A stretch of DNA of 32,000 nt from Candidatus Methylomirabilis oxygeniifera (GTDB lineage: Bacteria; Methylomirabilota; Methylomirabilia; Methylomirabilales; Methylomirabilaceae): NCBI GenBank assembly GCA_000091165.1, contig FP565575.1, forward strand, positions 2,220,001 through 2,252,000. Direction: 5' to 3'. The number at the start of each line of letters is the position of its first letter. The first letter of the stretch is position 1. Below are positions 25,967 to 32,000 of this stretch, piece by piece. Under the pieces are notes generated by a model. That model made no database searches. It saw only the letters and a program-made list of their open reading frames with translations, and had not been told where the DNA came from. The translations under genes and the position numbers were made by a program.

Positions 25967-27273
25967 TTATTGAGCTCGGCAAAGGCCTGATCGAGGATAG
26001 CCAGACCTTCCAATGCCTGCTGTTCAGTGATGATGAGAGGCGGGTTGATCCGGATGTTGTAGGAATAGCACATGGCCAGCAGCCCCCGTTTGAGGCAGCT
26101 CTGAAACAGCTTCTGGGTGAGAGATTTCGGAAGCGGCTCCTTGGTCTGCCTGTCCTTGACCAGTTCTATGCCAAGTAAGAGCCCTCGACCACGCACATCG
26201 CCGATAAACGGGTATTTCTCCTTCATTGCTTCCAGTTGCTTCAGCATGACCGCGCCGACACGCTTGGCATTCGCGACAAGCCGTTCCTTCAAGATGACCT
26301 CGAGGGCAGCGAGTCCGGCTGTTGCGGCAAGCGGATTGCCTCCATAGCTTGAGGAACTTCCGCTCGGATTGCTGAAGGGTTTGTTCGCCATCAGTTCCTG
26401 TGTCGAGATCACCCCGCTGACCGGGAACCCGCCGCCCATTCCCTTTCCCACTGTCATCACGTCCGGCACCATCGGCTCGTGATCGCACCCCCACATCGAA
26501 CCGGTGCGGCCGAAGCCCGTCAGCATCTCATCGGCAATCAATAGGGCACCGCACTCCTTGGCAATCGTCTGCACCGCGCTCAAGAATCCTGGGGGCGGAA
26601 TGACGTTTCCGGCAGTCCCCTGAATCGGCTCCACGATGATCGCAGCGATCTCACCCTGGGTCTGATAGCGGATCACCTCGCGCAAGAAGTCCGCACAGGC
26701 AAGACCGCAATCGGGATAGCGAAGCTTCAAGGGACAGCGATAGCAGTTGGCGTATGGGGCGCTGTAGAGGCCGGGTACGAACGGTCCCAACTGCTTCTTA
26801 AAATCATCCCCCAGCAGCCCCAGGACCCCGCCTGTCTTACCATGAAACGCGCCCCAAAACCCGACGAACTCGAACTTCTTCGTGGCCGACTTGGCCAGTC
26901 GGAAGGCAGCCTCGACCGCCTCCGCCCCACCGGAAAACATCTGGATCCGCTTCAGCCGTCCCGGTGTGATCGATGCCAGCAGCGTGAGAAACCGGGCCCG
27001 GTTTTCGGTGGTGAAGCTGCCGAACGTCAGCCGTTCGATCTGGGCCTTCATGGCCTCGACATAGTGCGGGTGCGTATACCCGATACTCCCCACACCGATT
27101 CCGGCCATGAAATCGAGGTATCGGTTGCCGTCCTCATCGGTCAGGGTACACCCTTCCCCTCTCGCCATCGCCAACCCGGAATACAGCGCTATCGACTGTA
27201 GGCCCGGCGCCATATGGCGTTGCTCGCGGGCAACAATCGCCTTCGACCGTTTTCCAGGAATGTGTCGCTTCAT
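25948..27273 (-). CDS. Class III PLP-dependent aminotransferase
   Basis: DEMLTGFGRTG, and the PLP lysine in MTVGKGMGGGFP. The fold resembles GABA/omega-aminotransferases. The ATG at 27273 overlaps the upstream stop as ATGA. The track start at 27309 lies inside the upstream gene. Confidence 0.9.
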   Translation of the reverse strand: MKRHIPGKRSKAIVAREQRHMAPGLQSIALYSGLAMARGEGCTLTDEDGNRYLDFMAGIGVGSIGYTHPHYVEAMKAQIERLTFGSFTTENRARFLTLLASITPGRLKRIQMFSGGAEAVEAAFRLAKSATKKFEFVGFWGAFHGKTGGVLGLLGDDFKKQLGPFVPGLYSAPYANCYRCPLKLRYPDCGLACADFLREVIRYQTQGEIAAIIVEPIQGTAGNVIPPPGFLSAVQTIAKECGALLIADEMLTGFGRTGSMWGCDHEPMVPDVMTVGKGMGGGFPVSGVISTQELMANKPFSNPSGSSSSYGGNPLAATAGLAALEVILKERLVANAKRVGAVMLKQLEAMKEKYPFIGDVRGRGLLLGIELVKDRQTKEPLPKSLTQKLFQSCLKRGLLAMCYSYNIRINPPLIITEQQALEGLAILDQAFAELNKTGYRG

Positions 27274-28157
27274 TGGAGCGCTCCCCTCCTTACGCGATGC
27301 AGCAGCCATGTGGCGATCCGGGAAGCAGCCTCCTCGCGAAACAACGCAAACGACGGCCAGGCATTGATGTCGATGAGGAATATCTCCCCGCGAGGCGTGA
27401 CGATGGCATCGCCTCCATACACCTCCAGACTAAGGGCTAGTGCCGCACGCTGGGTAATGGCCTGCAAGGCCTCTTCAGAAAATGGGTACCTGTTGAGCTC
27501 CTGGTCTCGATGGTAGAACCAGCGAAACCATCGCTCCTGCCGATTCTCACAGTCTGGTCCGCCTACCCCGTAAAACTTGATCAGATCTCCAGGAACGTGT
27601 CGCTGCAGAACGGCACGAGCAATCCCCCTGGTGTTGAGCGCGACTAGCCTGTCCTGCAACTCCTCTGAAGATCGTATCAATTCAACATCCCCCGTTTGGG
27701 TATTGTGCACGTCGGCCCGCTTAACCCAGATCGGGAAGAGGTCCGGCCAACGCTCGATCGGCGACGGATCCCGCTCGGATGGGTTGCACGAAATGACCTG
27801 ACTCTCCGGGATCGGAGTTCCTGATGCGGTCAGCAGGGTGATCATCCGATCTCGATAGGTGTTCAGGACAGCCTCCAAAGGATTGACGTGCGGGATACCT
27901 CTCATCTCCAGCGGCCCAAGTACGCGAAGGGCCTCCAGCCGCTCGCACATCAGGAACACGAGCGACGGCAAAGGGTCTGCCATGAGTACGGCCCCTGGGT
28001 CGCCGGCCTCGCCGAGTTCGTCCGGCCCCTTGAGGCTGACCTGGTAGCCGGCCGCCTCGATATGCTTAGCGACGAGCCGCAGGATCTCCGTATCGTCGAA
28101 CTCCCGACCCGGCGAGTGTTGCCGTTCTCGAAATATCCCCAAAAGGTGTGGTATCAT
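27270..28157 (-). CDS. ATP-grasp protein, ITPK1 (inositol-tris/tetrakisphosphate kinase)-like rather than RimK-like
   Basis: FPIWVKRADVHNTQTGDVELI, DLIKFYGVGG, LSLEVYGGDAIVTPRGEIFLIDINAWPSF. The ATG at 28157 is preceded by GGAGG at 9 nt. The track start at 28160 is a TTG. Confidence 0.7.
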   Translation of the reverse strand: MIPHLLGIFRERQHSPGREFDDTEILRLVAKHIEAAGYQVSLKGPDELGEAGDPGAVLMADPLPSLVFLMCERLEALRVLGPLEMRGIPHVNPLEAVLNTYRDRMITLLTASGTPIPESQVISCNPSERDPSPIERWPDLFPIWVKRADVHNTQTGDVELIRSSEELQDRLVALNTRGIARAVLQRHVPGDLIKFYGVGGPDCENRQERWFRWFYHRDQELNRYPFSEEALQAITQRAALALSLEVYGGDAIVTPRGEIFLIDINAWPSFALFREEAASRIATWLLHRVRRGALQ

Positions 28158-28183
28158 CAAGCACTGCCTCCGCGCACAAAGCA

Positions 28184-28267
28184 GGGTTTAGGGTGTAGCG
28201 TGGCGGGTGGCGGGAAAAGCAAGGATTTTAGGACCATCCTTCTACCCGAACCCCTATACCCTACACC
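28184..28267. repeat. 84-nt element of 12 phased heptamers forming an inverted array
   Basis: Read directly: GGGTTTA GGGTGTA GCGTGGC GGGTGGC GGGAAAA GCAAGGA TTTTAGG ACCATCC TTCTACC CGAACCC CTATACC CTACACC. The outer arms pair at 13 of 15 positions. There is an inner AAGGAT/ATCCTT stem. The right end overlaps the nucleotidyltransferase stop. Confidence 0.85.
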
Positions 28268-28970
28268 CTTCTTTACGTAGAAGGGCTTCAGCCAATTGAA
28301 GGTCCTCGGCCCGATCGACATCGATGACCCGATCTATCACTACCCCATAGACCGGCTCCCCCTCGGTGACCAGCCACGTCAAAAAGTCACGAAGCCGGCC
28401 CAGCGTAGAAGGGTGGGGAGCCTGCGAAAAAATGGCGCCGGATACCAGATAGAGTCCGGCGGTCACCACATCACCCGAGGCGCCACCGATGGCCGTCACG
28501 CGCCCGGAAGGATCGAGGTTCACCCAGAGGGGCTTCTCGTCGGCTACGAACGGTGTAACGGCAAGGACGACAGAAGCTTGACGGCATGATATCGCTTGAT
28601 CGACAAATCGGTGAAACGCCGGCTCCGGACAGATCCAGTCCACAGTGGACATAAGAACACGGCCCGGACCGGATCGCCTGCCAACCTCCCAGAAGCTTTC
28701 ATACGACGAGCGTGTCGTTTTTACGATGCACTGAATATCAAGGCTCGGGAAACGCTCCCGGACAAATGTCGCGCACTCCCGATCGTCCTCGTTGAAGATG
28801 ATCCGTAGCTGCGTAATACCGGTCTTCACAAAATTGCTTACCACCCGCTCAATCAGCGGGATATCGGCAATGGGTACCATCGACTTCGGCATCCTCAAAC
28901 CGTCCCGTTTCAACCGGGACCCTTCCCCTGCCGCAATAATGCCCCCCGTTATGGTTGTGGGCGCGTTCAC
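28254..28970 (-). CDS. Nucleotidyltransferase (NTP_transferase/MobA-like; candidate cytidylyltransferase)
   Basis: Intact GGIIAAGEGSRL...MPKSMVPI signature. The GTG start overlaps the HAD stop as GTGA. Confidence 0.8.
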   Translation of the reverse strand: MNAPTTITGGIIAAGEGSRLKRDGLRMPKSMVPIADIPLIERVVSNFVKTGITQLRIIFNEDDRECATFVRERFPSLDIQCIVKTTRSSYESFWEVGRRSGPGRVLMSTVDWICPEPAFHRFVDQAISCRQASVVLAVTPFVADEKPLWVNLDPSGRVTAIGGASGDVVTAGLYLVSGAIFSQAPHPSTLGRLRDFLTWLVTEGEPVYGVVIDRVIDVDRAEDLQLAEALLRKEGCRV

Positions 28971-29659
28971 AGGAGTATCTCTCGAAGATCCGCGAAGGAC
29001 TTGATCGCAAGGTCATCGGGGCAGCAGGGCGCAAGAGGGCCGGAGTGGTCTGAGACCAGCCAGATATGGGGCATCCCCAGACCCTTCGCCCCCTTCATAT
29101 CTCGAGGCAACGAGTCTCCGACGAATATCGCCTCTTGCGGGTCCAGTTGCAACGCCGTCAGCGCAACCTGGAAGATTCTTGGGTCCGGTTTGGTGAACCC
29201 GACGCAGGCCGAGTCGACCATGACGCTCATCAATGAGGCGACTCCTGTCTCGATGCAGACCTGTTCAAGATTTCCGTAGAAGTTCGAGACGATGCCGAGC
29301 CGAAATCGCGCCGACAGCTCGCGCAGTGTCTCAAGATTGGCGCGAATCTTATCCAACGAGTCCTGCATAAACCGGTCGCACAGACGCGACGCCAATTCCG
29401 GATCAGCAATATTCAATGCGTCCAGCACGCCGGTGGCCAGGAGCAAGACGCTCTCCTGAAACGAGCAGCCTGAAAGCCTCCGCGCCACCAGTGCATCATC
29501 GGCAGCATAGAACGCCCGATCGTATCGATCCCGGCCTACCCTCACATATTCCGCGAGGTAGAGCGGATAGAATCTGTCTTTCCAGGGGATTCCATCGGCA
29601 TCAAGGGTGCCTCCGAAGTCGAGCAGGACCGCCTTCGTCGAGCTGTGGACGGCCATCAT
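28967..29659 (-). CDS. HAD-superfamily subfamily IA hydrolase
   Basis: Motif I LLDFGGTLD, motif II LGIVSN, motif III TKPD, motif IV FVGDSLPRD. The ATG at 29659 overlaps the upstream stop as ATGA. Confidence 0.8.
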   Translation of the reverse strand: MMAVHSSTKAVLLDFGGTLDADGIPWKDRFYPLYLAEYVRVGRDRYDRAFYAADDALVARRLSGCSFQESVLLLATGVLDALNIADPELASRLCDRFMQDSLDKIRANLETLRELSARFRLGIVSNFYGNLEQVCIETGVASLMSVMVDSACVGFTKPDPRIFQVALTALQLDPQEAIFVGDSLPRDMKGAKGLGMPHIWLVSDHSGPLAPCCPDDLAIKSFADLREILL

Positions 29660-30672
29660 CCCGCAACCTCCCCCGGCGCTCTCCCGATTCCCAGCTTTAT
29701 TGCAAGCAGGATGAGCAGGCCGGGAATAGCCCATGTCACCTCTCTTCCCCGGCGAATAATACTATAGACGGCGCCCTGCGCAGCGGGCAACCCCAAGACT
29801 GAGAAGACCGCGACTCGCACTGTTTCAGCGCTTCCGACCCGCCCCGGGATAAAGAAGATGATCGTATTCAGCGTCATTGCCAGACTTTCTACCGCCACTG
29901 CCGTCCCAAGGCTCGGCTCTGCCGACAGTAACTGCAGTACGACGTACGTCTCGAGCAGACCTCCACACCAGCCCAGCAAACAGAAAAACGTCGCCCAGTA
30001 GAATACCGGCATACGGGTCTTATAGAAGAGTGCAAGCCACCGATCCAACGACGCAGTAGCATGCCATTCGGGCTTGATCTGCTCCGGCTTGATCCCGATT
30101 TTTACCAACCCGCGGATCAATGCCCCGAAGGCTCGCCTCTTCAGTGCCCAGAAGGCGGCCACAACGACGGCCCCCATCCCCGCCGGCAGTGCAAGCGCGG
30201 CAACCCACAGTCCCGTAGGAAGCGCGAACTGGGCCACAGCAATACTCAGACCCAGGCTGAGGAATAAGACCTGCGCCACGATTTCCGCATGCTTGTGGAC
30301 CATGATCGAGGTCACCGACCGGCTGAATCCGACCGACCTGCTGAGCAGATGGGCCTTAACAGGTTCTCCGGCCAGGTTGGCAGGCGGCACAAAATAGTTG
30401 ATAGAATCTCCAACAAGATAGACGCCGAACATCCGCCAATATCCGATCCGTCTGGCCCTCGAGCCGATCACGACCCACCATCCGGCCATGAAGGCCATCT
30501 GCGCAAAGAGGTACAGGACAACCAACAGAAAGAACCATTTCCCGATCACCGCGATATTCGCCCGAATCGCGGGCCACCCGATCTTCCCGCATAGCCAGAC
30601 GATTCCGACAAGCCCGGTAAGGATGAGCAGGGATCGCAGTGCAGGCTTCAGCCGTTGCAGGCTGCTTGTCAT
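29656..30672 (-). CDS. UPF0104 / LPG_synthase_TM (MprF flippase-domain-like) integral membrane protein
   Basis: About 8 TM helices. Family-like GDSINYFVPPANLAGEPVKA and IPGRVGSAE loops. The start is uncertain: ATG at 30672 (preferred, no overlap) or 30744 (32-nt overlap with the upstream gene). Confidence 0.7.
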   Translation of the reverse strand: MTSSLQRLKPALRSLLILTGLVGIVWLCGKIGWPAIRANIAVIGKWFFLLVVLYLFAQMAFMAGWWVVIGSRARRIGYWRMFGVYLVGDSINYFVPPANLAGEPVKAHLLSRSVGFSRSVTSIMVHKHAEIVAQVLFLSLGLSIAVAQFALPTGLWVAALALPAGMGAVVVAAFWALKRRAFGALIRGLVKIGIKPEQIKPEWHATASLDRWLALFYKTRMPVFYWATFFCLLGWCGGLLETYVVLQLLSAEPSLGTAVAVESLAMTLNTIIFFIPGRVGSAETVRVAVFSVLGLPAAQGAVYSIIRRGREVTWAIPGLLILLAIKLGIGRAPGEVAG

Positions 30673-30712
30673 CGGGGGTACTGTAGTTGCAGGATATTCA
30701 CGCGTACACCGC

Positions 30713-32000
30713 TTACAGTTGCTCCATGAAGGCGGCAATCTCATCGAGCTTCACATTGCGTACGACGATCTCAGGCGTATAGATAACCTCGTCTGCCGCC
30801 CAGACCAAGGTCCCCTTGACCTCCTTGCCGACCGCGACAATGTGAGAGAGGATCGAGTGGATATTGTCGTTGATTCGCACCGTGTTCGGTTTCAGCGGCG
30901 CTGCGATCCGCCCGTCCTTGATAATGTACGAGTCGCCGACGACGGTGCAGGTGAAGTCACCCTCCCGCAGCCCATTGATGGGATACGTATACCAGATCCG
31001 ACCGATCAGCAGACCGTCTTTGACGGTGGCGATCAACTCCTCGAGGCTCTGGTCCCCACCCTGTACGACAGCGTTGGTGGAGGCAATACCGGGCTGGACA
31101 CCGAACTGCCGGCCGCCCCCTGCCCAGAACCGAAAACCGTTTCGCGGCACGATGGCGCTGCCGTACTGATTCGGGTCTGCCCCCAGTTTCTCGGTACTCC
31201 TGGGATCTTTGACGATCCGCTGATGCTCGTAATAGTTCGCTAACAGCCCGACCAGCTTACCCCGCTGGATCAGCCGTGTTTTCCCGGTTGGTAGTCCTTC
31301 GCAGGTGATCCCCTTGCTGCCCATCAGCCCGCGCTGCGCACCGTGATCGTACAGCGTCAACTGCTTCGACGCAACGCGCTTGCCGAGTCGTCCCATGAAC
31401 GCGGAGCTGTCGCTGTAAAAGTTGCCGAGGCTGAGGGAGGGCAGGATCAGATTATTCAGGAGGTCGGCTACTGGTTGACGTCCAAAGATGACCGTATACT
31501 CCCCACCCTTGATCCGCTCCCCGCCAATCGCCGCAAGGGCGTTCTGTGCGGCCTCTACACCGGCGTCGTCAGTAAACTGATCCAGGCGGGTACCGGCAGA
31601 ACAGCCGCTGCCCTTGGAAGCTTTGGCCTCCACCATAGCGGTAATGAAGGCCATGATCAGCGTTGATTCGTCGGTCTGGACCTCCGGCATGGCCGTTGAG
31701 GCGATAGCAATTCGCTCCTGCTGGATGGTCACGTCGCCGCCGACGATGAGGCCCAACTCCCTGATCCGCGTCTCGTCGCCCGCCAGCTCCTGTAGTCTGG
31801 GAGAGTTGAGAAACGTCTTCAGGCTCCCTCGCAACACCCGCCAGCCGACCTCCACCAACTCCTCATCCCGGATCTTCATGAGTTTCGGATCATGGTAGCG
31901 ACGGAGCCTTCTCCGCTCACCCGTGGGTCTCGGCAGCGACGAGAATTCAGGATCGGCAACAGCGCCGCGCCTGGCCTTCTCAAGGGCCCTTTTGACCCCC
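30713..32000 (-). CDS. TldD/PmbA-family metalloprotease-like protein (N-terminus beyond the window end)
   Basis: The C-terminal half is typical of the family (GLLIGRIWYTYPINGLREGDFTC, ITCEGLPTGK). My translation upstream of the track Met stays open to position 32000 (...VKRALEKARRGAVADPEFSSLPRPTGERRRLRRYHDPKLMKIRDEE...). The gene is therefore 5'-truncated by the window. Confidence 0.75.
   Translation of the reverse strand, partial: GVKRALEKARRGAVADPEFSSLPRPTGERRRLRRYHDPKLMKIRDEELVEVGWRVLRGSLKTFLNSPRLQELAGDETRIRELGLIVGGDVTIQQERIAIASTAMPEVQTDESTLIMAFITAMVEAKASKGSGCSAGTRLDQFTDDAGVEAAQNALAAIGGERIKGGEYTVIFGRQPVADLLNNLILPSLSLGNFYSDSSAFMGRLGKRVASKQLTLYDHGAQRGLMGSKGITCEGLPTGKTRLIQRGKLVGLLANYYEHQRIVKDPRSTEKLGADPNQYGSAIVPRNGFRFWAGGGRQFGVQPGIASTNAVVQGGDQSLEELIATVKDGLLIGRIWYTYPINGLREGDFTCTVVGDSYIIKDGRIAAPLKPNTVRINDNIHSILSHIVAVGKEVKGTLVWAADEVIYTPEIVVRNVKLDEIAAFMEQL

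Noticed and set aside
25885-28267. Whether the repeated TAGGGTGTAG / CCCCTATACCCT words indicate a CRISPR array or a MITE with terminal inverted repeats
   Set aside because: There are only two loci, separated by two intact genes. The units are 7 nt, not 25-40 nt. There are no cas genes, transposase or target-site duplication. I report them as a heptamer-array repeat family instead.

Overview
GC-rich chromosomal window from a diderm bacterium. I could not identify the lineage from sequence alone. I support about 29 protein genes. I saw no rRNA, tRNA, CRISPR array, transposase or integrase. Order: (-) partial GltD/NfnB-like gene and a HEAT-repeat::NfnA-like gene. (+) SAM methyltransferase, membrane-anchored YbjQ-like protein, outer-membrane beta-barrel, COG2984 periplasmic binding protein, HAMP histidine kinase, CheY-like receiver and a sigma-54 enhancer-binding response regulator. 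Next comes a 1.2 kb visibly A/T-rich gap. It holds a near-consensus sigma-54 promoter, a strong hairpin with C-rich motifs (candidate sRNA), a 9-mer present three times and an orphan Cys-rich small ORF. Then nadA-nadC-nadB, an MDR oxidoreductase, a UgpQ-like phosphodiesterase, and a FadD / MMPL(HpnN-like) / MlaC-like lipid-export operon. The most interesting part is the convergent minus-strand operon at 22195-32000, which has ATGA/GTGA start-stop overlaps at four of its gene junctions. It encodes a TldD/PmbA-like protein, a flippase-like UPF0104 protein, a HAD hydrolase, a nucleotidyltransferase, an ITPK1-like ATP-grasp protein, a class III aminotransferase, a Gfo/Idh/MocA dehydrogenase, an IPCT/DIPPS-like CDP-alcohol transferase and a myo-inositol-phosphate synthase. 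I read it as a candidate undescribed pathway from inositol to an aminocyclitol phospho-headgroup or solute. A family of 7-nt-periodic repeat arrays sits at operon junctions, and one copy lies in frame inside the histidine kinase. All functional calls come from motif recognition by eye and need HMM/BLAST confirmation.
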